Under the pieces are notes generated by a model. It ran no database searches and had not been told where the DNA came from. It was given only the letters and a program-made list of their open reading frames with translations. This document shows, in pieces, positions 9,620 through 19,657 of a stretch of DNA of 64,000 bases. The stretch is from Salinivirgaceae bacterium. Its GTDB lineage: Bacteria; Bacteroidota; Bacteroidia; Bacteroidales; SZUA-534. A program made the translations under genes and the position numbers. Position 1 is the first letter of the stretch, and each line of letters starts with the position of its first letter. The DNA lies in assembly GCA_050251815.1 (NCBI GenBank), contig JBFWMB010000015.1:924-64923 (forward strand), read 5' to 3'.

Positions 9620-10360
9620 ATGAGCCAAACATTAATCGAAATTAAAAACCTATCAGTTGGATACCAATCGCAAAAAGTGCTGAACCAGGTAAACCTCTGT
9701 ATCAACAGCAACGATTTTATTGGTGTAATTGGGCCCAACGGAGGAGGAAAAACTACACTTATTAAAACCATTCTGGGCTTGATTCCTTATTGGGAAGGAA
9801 ACATATACTACCATATAAAATCATCGAAGATTGGTTACTTACCTCAATTTAACCCACTCGATAATGAATTTCCGATTACGGTTTTCGATGTGGTACTTTC
9901 CGGATTAGCAGGAAAAAAAGGTTTGTTCAAGCGCTTTACTGCGGCTGATAAAACCCATGCCGAAAACCTAATGGAACAAGCCGGCATTACACATCTTAAA
10001 AATAAAGCTATTGGGCGGCTTTCGGGCGGACAGATGCAGCGGGTTTTGCTTTGTCGCGCATTAATGAACCAACCTGAACTTTTAATTCTGGATGAGCCCA
10101 GCACTTTTGTCGACAATCAGTTTGAGCACGAATTGTTTGAGTGGCTGCGCAAATTAAACGAAACGATTGCCATTTTAATGGTTTCGCACGATTTGGGAAC
10201 TATTTCGAGTCATGTAAAAACTATCGCCTGTGTAAATTCTGAAGTACACTATCACCAATCGAGCAAAATAACTCCCGAACAACTGGCGCACTACAACTGC
10301 CCCATAAAACTTATTACTCATGGTGAAGTACCTCATCAGGTATTGGCTCCACATAAATAA
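9620..10360 (+). CDS. znuC: Zinc ABC transporter ATP-binding protein
   Basis: Walker A GPNGGGKTT, ABC signature LSGGQMQR and Walker B LLILDEP are present. Confidence 0.85.
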   Translation: MSQTLIEIKNLSVGYQSQKVLNQVNLCINSNDFIGVIGPNGGGKTTLIKTILGLIPYWEGNIYYHIKSSKIGYLPQFNPLDNEFPITVFDVVLSGLAGKKGLFKRFTAADKTHAENLMEQAGITHLKNKAIGRLSGGQMQRVLLCRALMNQPELLILDEPSTFVDNQFEHELFEWLRKLNETIAILMVSHDLGTISSHVKTIACVNSEVHYHQSSKITPEQLAHYNCPIKLITHGEVPHQVLAPHK

Positions 10361-10366
10361 AAAATT

Positions 10367-11203
10367 ATGAACGCATTTTTAGAACTGTTTCAATATACTT
10401 TTATCAACCATGCGCTTTTAGCAGCCCTACTTTCGAGCATTATTTGCGGAGTACTGGGCACTTACATTGTTAGTAAGCGTATGGTATTTATCTCTGGTGG
10501 AATTACACACGCCTCGTTCGGAGGTATTGGGATGGCTTTTTATTTGGGATTACCACCATTTATGGGAGCCACTATTTTTGCCTTACTTTCCGCTTTGGGA
10601 ATTGAATGGATAACCAAAAACGGCAACATTCGAAACGACTCCAGCATTGGAATTCTATGGTCGTTGGGTATGGCTATCGGAATTATTTTTGTTTACATTA
10701 CCCCTGGATTCACCCCAAATTTAATGAGCTATTTATTTGGAAGCATCTTAACTGTAAGCACCATGGAATTATGGATAATGGGAACTTTAACAGCAATTAC
10801 CGTAGCTTTTTTTGTTCTGTTTTTCCGTCCCATTTTATTTTTTGCCTTTGACGACAACTTTGCCAAATCGCAAAAAGCTCCGGTAAACTTTTTAAATTAT
10901 ACCCTCATTCTTTTAATTGCACTGGGCATAGTTATCAATATAAAAGTAGCCGGAATAATTTTGGTAATGAGCATGCTTACTTTGCCCCAGAACACAGCAA
11001 ACCTGTTTTCAAACAACTTTAAACACATTATCATCTATTCCATTCTCATTAGTTTTGTGGGAACCATGACTGGACTGGCAGGCTCATTCTGGCTTGGAAT
11101 TCCCTCTGGAGCGTCTATTATTTTTACGCTTTCGGGCATTTTCTTTTTAGCAAAAACTGCTAAAATAATTATTGAAAAAAATACGCGTAAACAAAACCGT
11201 TAA
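10367..11203 (+). CDS. znuB: Zinc/metal ABC transporter permease (ABC-3 family)
   Basis: 278 aa with about 8 hydrophobic helices. It starts 6 nt after znuC. Confidence 0.8.
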   Translation: MNAFLELFQYTFINHALLAALLSSIICGVLGTYIVSKRMVFISGGITHASFGGIGMAFYLGLPPFMGATIFALLSALGIEWITKNGNIRNDSSIGILWSLGMAIGIIFVYITPGFTPNLMSYLFGSILTVSTMELWIMGTLTAITVAFFVLFFRPILFFAFDDNFAKSQKAPVNFLNYTLILLIALGIVINIKVAGIILVMSMLTLPQNTANLFSNNFKHIIIYSILISFVGTMTGLAGSFWLGIPSGASIIFTLSGIFFLAKTAKIIIEKNTRKQNR

Positions 11204-11285
11204 AAGCCTGTTATTAACGGTGAACAACAATTTTTAATTAATAAGCTTAAGCTTTAAAGCTTGAAGCAATAAAATAATTTACCTT

Positions 11286-12677
11286 ATGGACTTTGATGTT
11301 TTAGTTATAGGAAGTGGCCCCGGTGGATACGTGGCGGCCATTCGGGCATCGCAACTGGGTTTGAAAACCGCTATTGTGGAAAAAGCTGAAGTGGGTGGAA
11401 TTTGTCTAAACTGGGGATGCATTCCCACCAAAAGCCTTTTAAAAAGCGCACAGGTTTTCGATTACACCAAACATGCTGCCGATTATGGTGTGTCGCTAAG
11501 CAGTGAACCCAAAGCCGATTTTACCAAAATGGTAGAACGCAGTCGTAACGTTGCAAATGGAATGAGTAACGGCGTTCAATTTCTTTTAAAAAAGAATAAA
11601 ATTGAAGTAATAAACGGTTTCGGAAAACTCACCGCTAAAAACACGGTTGAAGTTACCGATACTGAGGGCAAAAAAAAGAAAGTAACCGCTAAACACATAA
11701 TTCTGGCTACCGGAGCCCGCTCTAAAGAACTGCCCAACCTTCCGCAAGACGGGAAAAAAATTATTGGTTACCGCAAAGCCTTAACCCTTGAAAAGCAACC
11801 AGAGAGCATGATTGTGGTTGGTTCAGGAGCTATTGGCAGCGAGTTTGCCTATTTTTATGCCACCATTGGAACCCAGGTTACCCTCGTTGAGTTTTTACCA
11901 AATGTAGTTCCGAACGAAGACGAAGAAGTTTCAAAACAATTGGAACGCTCGTTTAAAAAAGCCGGCATAAAAGTAATGACCAATGCATCGGTTGAAAAAG
12001 TGGATACTTCAGGCAAAAAATGCAAGGTTACCATCAAAACCAAAAAAGGCGAAGAACAACACGAAGCCGACGTGGTACTTTCTGCTGTGGGTATTACTCC
12101 AAATATCGAAGGCATTGGAATTGAAGAAATGGGCATTACACTGGAAAAAGGAAAAGTAAAAGTTGATGATTTTTACCGCACAAATATCGAAGGCGTTTAT
12201 GCCATCGGTGATATTGTACACGGACCTGCGCTGGCTCACGTGGCATCGGCCGAAGGAATTGCTTGTGTTGAAAAAATTGCCGGACTCGATGTTCATCCAG
12301 TAGATTATTCCAATATTCCCGGATGTACCTACACCATTCCAGAAGTTGCCTCGGTAGGAATGACCGAAAAAGCTGCCAAAGAAGCAGGTTACCAGATAAA
12401 AGTGGGTAAATTTCCGTTTACTGCATCGGGCAAAGCAAGTGCTGCCGGAGCAAAAGAAGGTTTTGCCAAACTTATTTTTGACGAAAAATACGGTGAATTA
12501 TTGGGTGCCCATTTAATTGGTGCCAACGTTACCGAAATGATTGCTGAGCTGGTTGTTGCTAAAAAACTGGAAACTACGGGTCATGAACTAATAAAAGCTA
12601 TTCATCCGCACCCAACCATGAGCGAAGCTATTATGGAAGCTGCAGCTGCAGCTTACGACGAAGTAATTCATATTTAA
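11286..12677 (+). CDS. lpdA: Dihydrolipoyl dehydrogenase
   Basis: 463 aa. It has the FAD motif VIGSGPGGY, the redox-active disulfide GGICLNWGCIPTK and the C-terminal HPHPTMSE dimerisation motif. Confidence 0.9.
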   Translation: MDFDVLVIGSGPGGYVAAIRASQLGLKTAIVEKAEVGGICLNWGCIPTKSLLKSAQVFDYTKHAADYGVSLSSEPKADFTKMVERSRNVANGMSNGVQFLLKKNKIEVINGFGKLTAKNTVEVTDTEGKKKKVTAKHIILATGARSKELPNLPQDGKKIIGYRKALTLEKQPESMIVVGSGAIGSEFAYFYATIGTQVTLVEFLPNVVPNEDEEVSKQLERSFKKAGIKVMTNASVEKVDTSGKKCKVTIKTKKGEEQHEADVVLSAVGITPNIEGIGIEEMGITLEKGKVKVDDFYRTNIEGVYAIGDIVHGPALAHVASAEGIACVEKIAGLDVHPVDYSNIPGCTYTIPEVASVGMTEKAAKEAGYQIKVGKFPFTASGKASAAGAKEGFAKLIFDEKYGELLGAHLIGANVTEMIAELVVAKKLETTGHELIKAIHPHPTMSEAIMEAAAAAYDEVIHI

Positions 12678-12692
12678 GAAACGATTACCTGA

Positions 12693-12731
12693 ACAAATCC
12701 CGGAATTTGTTTTTTCCGGGATTTGTTTTTT
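12693..12731 (+). terminator. Rho-independent terminator of lpdA
   Basis: An 11-bp perfect stem pairs ACAAATCCCGG (12693-12703) with CCGGGATTTGT (12716-12726) and is followed by a T-run. It lies 16 nt after the lpdA stop. Confidence 0.75.
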
Positions 12732-12878
12732 CCCCTTTTTTTTATTTACATCAATGGCAAAGCTGTTGAACATCATCGCTAAAATAACCTATTGTTTTAT
12801 GTAGATTTTTGCATATTACCAATTTAGTTAGTTATTTTGGTTGTCATTAAAATTTAATTTATCAATACATTATTTCGT

Positions 12879-13598
12879 ATGAAAAACCTCATTCACTTAT
12901 TAATAATTGCAGCGGTTATTCTGTTTGCAAGCTGCAAAGGTCCGGTTAAAAACACTGCAGAAAACGAGTCGGAAAAAACTCCAGGAATACACAAAGTTAT
13001 GGTAGCCGAAGTAGTTCAGGCCAACGCCTACACTTACCTTAGTGTTGACGAAGAAGGCGATGTTTACTGGATTGCCGTTCCAAAAATTGAAGCTTTTATG
13101 GGCGAAACGTATTATTTTAGTGAAGCCATGGAGATGAAAAACTTTAAAAGCAAGGATTTGGACCGGGTATTTGAATCGGTGCTGTTTGTTCAGAATTTAA
13201 GTAAAGAACCCATTGAAGCAAGCCAAGACATACCTGCTCATGCCACACAAATTCCGGGAGCTCCTGTTCTTGACAAAAAAGAAGTGCATGTTCATGTAGC
13301 CGAAGGTTCCATTACGCTGAAAGAGTTATTCGACAATAAGAAAAAATACGAAGGCCAGAAAGTAACCGTAAGTGGTGAAATTGTTAAAGTAAACTATGGT
13401 ATCATGGAAAAAAACTGGTTTCACCTTCAGGATGGTACCGAAAGCAACGGAAATTATGATTTGACCATTACTTCGCTTGAAGAAGGTGTTGAGATTAGCC
13501 AAACTCACACTTTTGAAGGAACGCTGGTTTTAGATAAAGATTTTGGATACGGTTATTCCTACGAAGTTCTTTTGGAAGAAGCTGTTATTAAAAAATAA
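12879..13598 (+). CDS. Hypothetical lipoprotein
   Basis: 239 aa with a lipoprotein signal (ILFASCKG). I recognise no catalytic motif. Confidence 0.5.
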   Translation: MKNLIHLLIIAAVILFASCKGPVKNTAENESEKTPGIHKVMVAEVVQANAYTYLSVDEEGDVYWIAVPKIEAFMGETYYFSEAMEMKNFKSKDLDRVFESVLFVQNLSKEPIEASQDIPAHATQIPGAPVLDKKEVHVHVAEGSITLKELFDNKKKYEGQKVTVSGEIVKVNYGIMEKNWFHLQDGTESNGNYDLTITSLEEGVEISQTHTFEGTLVLDKDFGYGYSYEVLLEEAVIKK

Positions 13599-13615
13599 GC
13601 AAAAACATATTTCAT

Positions 13616-13646
13616 AAAAACCTTGTCGTTAAGGCAGGGTTTTTTT
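13616..13646. terminator. Probable bidirectional terminator hairpin between convergent genes
   Basis: AAAAACCTTG...CAGGGTTTTTTT forms a stem of about 9 bp with one mismatch, with an A-run on one side and a T-run on the other. Confidence 0.45.
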
Positions 13647-13658
13647 ATGCCTGAAACC

Positions 13659-14027
13659 TTATATCGATTTAAAATACCTTCGGGTTAAAACCTTTCGCAA
13701 TTCGCGCTCAATTACCTGATGGGCAATTACCTCAACCAACGATAATTCAGGTGCTTCATCCTGGGTTTTTTGTAAGGATTTATTGCTGATATCAACCTGA
13801 TACAAAATGGCATAAAGTCTTCCGGAATCTCGAATCATTAATTCATCGATCTGATAAACCAACTGCTGATGCATTTCGTGATAAGCATTTGAGATGTCTC
13901 CAGAAAAGGTAATCTCCAAACCAAACATGCCAAAATCTTTCATTATCTGTTGAATGGTTTCTAAAATTACCGCTTCTCCATCAAGGAATTGAGGTGTGTT
14001 CTGAAAATGTAAATCCGGTAAATTCAT
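13659..14027 (-). CDS. Hypothetical cytoplasmic protein
   Basis: A 122-aa ORF with no competing ORF. I recognise no motif. Confidence 0.45.
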   Translation of the reverse strand: MNLPDLHFQNTPQFLDGEAVILETIQQIMKDFGMFGLEITFSGDISNAYHEMHQQLVYQIDELMIRDSGRLYAILYQVDISNKSLQKTQDEAPELSLVEVIAHQVIERELRKVLTRRYFKSI

Positions 14028-14143
14028 AGCCTAAATGTACAACAAATCGAAAATTATCAAACCTATAGCATCAGTAATAATTTTTTAGTTGGTTCACAAA
14101 ACCAAAAAGGAAGCAAAACTGTTTGACTAATAAATTGAAACGA

Positions 14144-14866
14144 ATGAAATTTAAAACCATCGCATTATTTCTGTTAAGCTTTATTATTATTTTTCAAAAA
14201 CCGGGGTTCAGTTCTGAGACAGAAAAGTTTTACCAGCTATATATAAAAGGTGATATGAAAACGTGGGCTTCATTGCTGGATGAGCTCACAATTCAATACG
14301 AGCAAACAAAAAACTTAGTACTGCTTGAAGAACTTGTGTTGGCAACTTACGGACTTGTAGGTTATTATTTGGGAAATGAACAAAATGAATTGGCTGCAAA
14401 AAATCTGCAAAGTGGAACCTACTACCTTAATTTACTTGTCGGAAGCAAACCTAACAACCAAACTTACCAGGCATTAAAAGGCGCATTTATAGGTTTTGAA
14501 TTGGGACTGAACCCTTGGAAAGCTCCATTTATTGGACCCGAAAGCCAAACAATAATAAACAATGCAATCAAAAAAGCACCCAATAATCCACAAACTAATT
14601 TTGAATATGCCAACCTGCTGTTTTGGTCGCCCAAATGGGTTGGTGGAGACAAACAAAAAGCCCTGATATATTATAAAAAAACCATTGATTTGTTAGAGCA
14701 AAAACAAAAAACCCGCCAATGGTATTATCTATGGGCATACACAGCTTATGCCAATGCTTTAAAAACCCTGGGGCATTACAATGAGTCACAAAGAGTATAT
14801 CAGCAAATAGCTGCTATTGAACCCGAATACCAATGGATTAAAGAAGAATTACTGAAAATAAACTAA
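14144..14866 (+). CDS. Hypothetical secreted, helical-repeat (TPR-like) protein
   Basis: I chose the ATG at 14144 (MKFKTIALFLLSFIIIFQ, a signal peptide) rather than the TTG at 14123 used by the track. The rest is an alpha-helical repeat-like sequence. Confidence 0.5.
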   Translation: MKFKTIALFLLSFIIIFQKPGFSSETEKFYQLYIKGDMKTWASLLDELTIQYEQTKNLVLLEELVLATYGLVGYYLGNEQNELAAKNLQSGTYYLNLLVGSKPNNQTYQALKGAFIGFELGLNPWKAPFIGPESQTIINNAIKKAPNNPQTNFEYANLLFWSPKWVGGDKQKALIYYKKTIDLLEQKQKTRQWYYLWAYTAYANALKTLGHYNESQRVYQQIAAIEPEYQWIKEELLKIN

Positions 14867-14873
14867 ACCAATT

Positions 14874-15485
14874 CTAGCGTACCGGTACTTTAAGTAGTTC
14901 TTTACCTTCAATTTTTGCTACCAGCGTATCCCCAATTTTAACCGGCCCAACTCCTGCTGGTGTTCCGGTAAATATTAGATCGCCAATCTTTAAAGTGAAA
15001 AATTTTGACACATGGGCAATTATGGCATCAAAAGAATTAATCATCATGCCTGAGTTGCCCTGTTGAACCAATTCACCATTCTTCTCTAAAGTAAACGAAA
15101 TATTATTAACCGGTGGAAGTTGTTCCTTGGCTACGAATTTCCCCAAAGGTGCAGCACCGTCAAAACACTTGGCTTTTTCCCAGGGTAAGCCTTTGCTTTT
15201 AAGCTGTTGTTGCAGATCGCGCGCCGTAAAATCAATGCCAATTCCAATTTCATTATAATAGCGATGCGCAAATTTTTCTTCAATATTTTTTCCCAGCTTA
15301 TTAATCTTTAATACCAATTCCACTTCATAATGTATGTCGGTCGAGAAATCTGGATAAAAGAAAGGCTGGTTTTTATGTATCAGTGCTGTTTCGGGCATTA
15401 AAAAAATAACCGGCTCGTCGGGAATGGGATTATTCAATTCTTTGGCATGCTCCACATAGTTTCGGCCAATGGCAAGTATCTTCAT
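14874..15485 (-). CDS. Fumarylacetoacetate hydrolase (FAH) family protein
   Basis: 203 aa. The pattern MKILAIGRNY..HAKE...YEVELV...GIDFTARDLQ...WEKAK.FDG...GDLIFTGTPAGVG is typical of small FAH-family hydrolases and isomerases. Confidence 0.8.
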   Translation of the reverse strand: MKILAIGRNYVEHAKELNNPIPDEPVIFLMPETALIHKNQPFFYPDFSTDIHYEVELVLKINKLGKNIEEKFAHRYYNEIGIGIDFTARDLQQQLKSKGLPWEKAKCFDGAAPLGKFVAKEQLPPVNNISFTLEKNGELVQQGNSGMMINSFDAIIAHVSKFFTLKIGDLIFTGTPAGVGPVKIGDTLVAKIEGKELLKVPVR

Positions 15486-15496
15486 AAATTCACTAT

Positions 15497-16303
15497 TTAT
15501 TTTTGCATTCCTCGCAGTTTAATCTGCGTTAAAATCTTTTTTGTGTATAAAGGGAATTCGCTGCTAAGCATCCATCCGTAGTAGCCGGGGTCCTTCTCAA
15601 AAACCTGGGTTACAGGAACCCCTTTGTATTTTCCAAAGTTAAAAACTTCAACTCCCTTTTCGTTGTAAATAATACGTCCGGCGAAATCAACATTCAGATT
15701 GTGAGAGGAGAATTCAGCCAGTGCTTCAATATCATTAACAATGGGTTTGCTTAGTTTTCCATTGTTATCTTCAAAGTCGGTATCCTGATACATGTCAAGT
15801 TGTGACTTAAGCACTTCGTAAGTAGCTTTGGTATCGGCGGCAGCTCCGTGAGCTCCTTCGAGTTCTTTTCCACAATAAAATTTATAGGCTGCCGACAAAG
15901 TTCGGCGCTCCATTTTATGGAAGATAACCTGCACATCGATAAAACGTCGCTTCATAAAATCGAAATCAACATCGGCCCGCAAAAATTCTTCGGCCAACAA
16001 GGGAATATCAAACTTATTGGAATTAAAACCTCCTATATCGGAGCCCTCAAGCACTTTCGAAAAAGTTTTAGCAAACTCTTTAAAAGTTGGTTTATCTTTT
16101 ACATCGTCGTCACTTATACCATGAACGGCTGTCGATTCAGGAGGAATAGGCATTTCGGGATTAATTCGCTGGGTTTTCTCCTCTTCTTTTCCGTCAGGAA
16201 AAATCTTCAGGTAGGCTATTTCAACAATTCTATCGGTAACTACGTTGATGCCTGTTGTTTCCAGATCGAAAAATACGATAGGGCGTTTTAAATTTAATTG
16301 CAT
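15497..16303 (-). CDS. DEDDh 3'-5' exonuclease (DnaQ/epsilon-like) with a C-terminal extension
   Basis: Exo motifs FFDLETTG, HGISDDD and HGAAADT are present. The C-terminal ~70 aa (GKYKGVPVTQVFEKDPGYYGWML) forms an extra small domain. Confidence 0.8.
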   Translation of the reverse strand: MQLNLKRPIVFFDLETTGINVVTDRIVEIAYLKIFPDGKEEEKTQRINPEMPIPPESTAVHGISDDDVKDKPTFKEFAKTFSKVLEGSDIGGFNSNKFDIPLLAEEFLRADVDFDFMKRRFIDVQVIFHKMERRTLSAAYKFYCGKELEGAHGAAADTKATYEVLKSQLDMYQDTDFEDNNGKLSKPIVNDIEALAEFSSHNLNVDFAGRIIYNEKGVEVFNFGKYKGVPVTQVFEKDPGYYGWMLSSEFPLYTKKILTQIKLRGMQK

Positions 16304-16327
16304 TTTACTTTTTTCAGATTGTATTAT

Positions 16328-17881
16328 TTATTCCTTAAGTTTTACCAACCAATTGCGGTGTTCAATTTTTGCTCCACTGGGTATATCGGGAACTGAAATT
16401 TTAAATTCCGATTCTTCAATGCTCGCTCCTTTAATTACCAGTGTGTAAGAACCCGGTGGTAGCGCTATGGTAGCTTGTTGGCTTGAAAAATCGTATTTAT
16501 AGGTACCAAAAACCAATTTAGATTTACTGAATGCTGTAACAACAATGGTAGAATCAATGGTCACCAAATCGCTCATAGCCTCGCTTGTACCGGTTTTTAG
16601 TTTTAACTGTATAATTTTTACCGAAGGATCTTCATTATTAAAGATAACCCGGTAAATATCGGCAAAACCCAAACCGTCGGGTCGTAAAGCTGAAACATAA
16701 GCATAGCGCTGATTGGGTGAAAAAGCAATGGTTGTATTATCAAATACATCGTTTAGCGGGTATTCCAATTGCTTGGGGGTACTAAACTCACGGGTATTGG
16801 CATTTATTGCTGATTTAAAAATATCGAAACCTCCCATCGACTTTGGATTGTCGGAACAAAAAAACAAGGTATTTCCATCCTGACTCAAAACCGGAAAATC
16901 TTCGTTATAGGGTGTGTTGATGCTGGTTCCGCAATTGCGGGGTTCACCCCAATCGCCGGTTGGTAATTTCAGACTGTAATAAATATCGGTTCCTCCCAGA
17001 CCTCCATCGCGATTACTCGAGAAATACAAGGTATCGGCATTGGCTGTTTCATAAGCAGCAAATTCTCCACTTTTACTGTTTACACTTTCATTTAATAAAC
17101 TTTTCCCTCTAAAGCTATTCCTGTTTCTATCGGAATACATAATGTCCTGGTAGGCTTCGTAACCGGCCATTTGAACAAACAGTTTGTCGTTTGCCAGCGA
17201 AAAACCAGCAACAAACTCATCGTCGATGGAATTTACAGCTGCCAGTTTACGCCCTTTTTCAAAAATTCCGTCGTCAACATCAGCATAATACACATTGTTG
17301 GTATAAAGCATAAATTTGTGATCATAATCCTGATTGCTGGTATAAAAAAGCAATTCTCCATCGGGCGAAATTACAGGACTCAGTTCGTCCATTTCGGAAT
17401 TTAACTTTGATCCTAAATTAATGAACGAAACATCGAGCGGATGTTTTACCTGCTTTTTGGCCTGACTGGCCATTTGCATCCATTGGTTGCACAGGTATAA
17501 CCACTCACTTTTTTTGGGCTCTAGAAGCATACTCTTTTGAAATGAAGCCATACTATTGTTGAACTGATAATTATACAAATACGCTTTTCCTAATTCAAAA
17601 GCAAATTGAGCATCGTGTTTAAAGTGTGTTTCAATTTTTAAAAAGTATTTTAGTGCTTTCCATGGTTCCTGATTGCTGTTTAAATGGCACAAACCCAAAC
17701 GATAAGTATTTACAGTATTCAGGGTATCGCCTTCGTACAGCTTTTGGTAAAGTTTTAATGCAACAGCAAAGCTTTCCGATTTGAAATGATAATTAGCATC
17801 GCGTGCTTCTTTTTGGGCAAAAATGTTTATTGAAACAACCATAATTACAATCAGCAACAAAACAGGTTTAATACGTTTCAT
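16328..17881 (-). CDS. TPR plus PD40 (TolB-like beta-propeller repeat) periplasmic protein, paralog B
   Basis: 517 aa with a signal peptide. N-terminal helical repeats are followed by repeated PD40-like units (SPDGELLFYTSN, LYFSSNRDGGLGGTDIYYS, SQDGNTLFFCSD, FDIFKS) and a C-terminal beta-sandwich-like tail. Confidence 0.7.
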   Translation of the reverse strand: MKRIKPVLLLIVIMVVSINIFAQKEARDANYHFKSESFAVALKLYQKLYEGDTLNTVNTYRLGLCHLNSNQEPWKALKYFLKIETHFKHDAQFAFELGKAYLYNYQFNNSMASFQKSMLLEPKKSEWLYLCNQWMQMASQAKKQVKHPLDVSFINLGSKLNSEMDELSPVISPDGELLFYTSNQDYDHKFMLYTNNVYYADVDDGIFEKGRKLAAVNSIDDEFVAGFSLANDKLFVQMAGYEAYQDIMYSDRNRNSFRGKSLLNESVNSKSGEFAAYETANADTLYFSSNRDGGLGGTDIYYSLKLPTGDWGEPRNCGTSINTPYNEDFPVLSQDGNTLFFCSDNPKSMGGFDIFKSAINANTREFSTPKQLEYPLNDVFDNTTIAFSPNQRYAYVSALRPDGLGFADIYRVIFNNEDPSVKIIQLKLKTGTSEAMSDLVTIDSTIVVTAFSKSKLVFGTYKYDFSSQQATIALPPGSYTLVIKGASIEESEFKISVPDIPSGAKIEHRNWLVKLKE

Positions 17882-17933
17882 AATATGGATTTCATTTGGT
17901 TTTAATCAACAGCATGCATCCCCTTTATAATAG

Positions 17934-19490
17934 TTATTGGGTTAGGTAAATGGTACGAAAAACACCATCCGTATCGGCTGATGTTATAACCAACTCTTCC
18001 GTGTGACCTCGTTCATAACCTTCAAACTTTACTTCGAGTTTATAGGTTCCCGGAAACAAGGCTCCAAAAAAAGCTCCTCCTTCGCTTTGAACCGGTATTT
18101 GAGCAATAATATTTCCAAAATTATCGAATAAAGTAGCATAAGCCTTTAGAAAATCTTCGGAATAAGGCACCGCATTGGCCGGCGTTCCAATCATAACCGT
18201 TCCCATCAGGATAATTGACTGCGTTTCATCGCCAAAATTAATTTTGTAGATATCAAGCTTTCCAAATCCTTCTTTTCGGTTAGCCGAAACATAGGCCGTT
18301 TTCCCGTCGGCTGAAAACGAAATAGTAGTATTGTCGAGTGGTGTATTTATGGGGAAACCAAGGTTACGCGGAGGAGTCCAGGTATTGGTAGAATCGATAT
18401 ATAATGATTGAAAAATATCGTACTCGCCAATGCCGCTATGTCCTTTGGAAGCAAAATACAAGGATTTTCCATCGGGACTTAAACTTGGGAAATTGTCGTC
18501 GAACTCGGTATTGATGGTTGAACCCAGATTTTGTGACGGACCCCATGCACCTGAAGCATCTTTGCGTGAATAGTAAATATCGAGTCCGCCTCTGCCTCCA
18601 CGGCGGTCGCTCGCAAAAAAGAGTTTATTTCCATCGGGCGAAATACAAGCTCCCATTTCAACGCCATCGGTATTTAAATCGGCAGGTAATTCAGAGCGGG
18701 AGGCATCGCTAAACTTATTTCCTTTGCGATTAACCATTTTAACATCGTGTGAAAAATAATCGCCATCGGCATAAATCAGAATTTTCTCGCCGTTAGCCTG
18801 CATCCCAACAACTGTTTCGTTATCGTAGGTATTTACCGGTATCGGATTTGCTTTTCCCCAGCTTCCCTTGCGATAATCAGAATAAAAAACATTGGCTATG
18901 TAATCCTCAAAATCATCAACATAAGTGCTATTAGACGTATAAACCATTGTTGAATTATCGGCTGAAATAAACGGATAATAATCGTCGTAAATGGAGTTAA
19001 TGGTTGAATCGAGGCGCTCAAACACTACATTTCGCGGATAGTTAATACGTTCCAATGCATCGTAGCACATTTTAATAAGGCGATCGGATTCGGTAAGTTT
19101 GTCCTCAGCCACACCAATCATTTTATATTCATAAAAAGCCTCTACCGCTTCGGTAAACCGGTAATTATACATGTAGGCCCGACCCAGGTAGTAATAGCTT
19201 TGTACCGGATAATTGTTGTGCCCTACTACAAACTCCAGGTAGGGAATTGCCAACGATTTATCGATGGTTGTTTCGGTATAACATATCCCAATCCGGTAAT
19301 TCAGCTCAATATTTCGTTTGTCTCTTTCATAAAGGATCAGGTAATTCTCAAGTGCAAATTCATAATCGCCATCACGAAAGCTATTTTCGGCATACTTCTG
19401 GGTTAGGATGAGTTCGATATCGGTTTGTGCTTTTAAAGGCAGAAACGCAACTAGAGTAAATAAAACAAAAGCCAGTGCTTTTTTCAACAT
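17934..19490 (-). CDS. TPR plus PD40 (TolB-like beta-propeller repeat) periplasmic protein, paralog A
   Basis: 518 aa with the same architecture as 16328..17881 (SPDGNKLFFASDRRGGRGGLDIYYS, SPDGKSLYFASK, YDIFQS). The two are colinear along their length, at roughly 30 percent identity by eye. Confidence 0.7.
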   Translation of the reverse strand: MLKKALAFVLFTLVAFLPLKAQTDIELILTQKYAENSFRDGDYEFALENYLILYERDKRNIELNYRIGICYTETTIDKSLAIPYLEFVVGHNNYPVQSYYYLGRAYMYNYRFTEAVEAFYEYKMIGVAEDKLTESDRLIKMCYDALERINYPRNVVFERLDSTINSIYDDYYPFISADNSTMVYTSNSTYVDDFEDYIANVFYSDYRKGSWGKANPIPVNTYDNETVVGMQANGEKILIYADGDYFSHDVKMVNRKGNKFSDASRSELPADLNTDGVEMGACISPDGNKLFFASDRRGGRGGLDIYYSRKDASGAWGPSQNLGSTINTEFDDNFPSLSPDGKSLYFASKGHSGIGEYDIFQSLYIDSTNTWTPPRNLGFPINTPLDNTTISFSADGKTAYVSANRKEGFGKLDIYKINFGDETQSIILMGTVMIGTPANAVPYSEDFLKAYATLFDNFGNIIAQIPVQSEGGAFFGALFPGTYKLEVKFEGYERGHTEELVITSADTDGVFRTIYLTQ

Positions 19491-19598
19491 AATTATTTCT
19501 TTTTCTTTTAGTTGAATTTTTCAGCTCATAAAGATATAAAATATCAGCTATTTTAACACTTAAGCCGGTAAGAACCGCCATTATTATTTTTACAGTGC

Positions 19599-19644
19599 CA
19601 ACAAAACAAAAAGCCACGTTACAGCGTGGCTTTTTGTTTTGTTG
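19599..19644 (-). terminator. Rho-independent terminator of dnaN (perfect 20-bp stem)
   Basis: CAACAAAACAAAAAGCCACG (19599-19618) pairs perfectly with CGTGGCTTTTTGTTTTGTTG (19625-19644) across a 6-nt loop. The GC core is followed by a U-rich tract on either strand. It lies 14 nt after the dnaN stop. Confidence 0.8.
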
Positions 19645-19657
19645 ATTTTTCGAATTG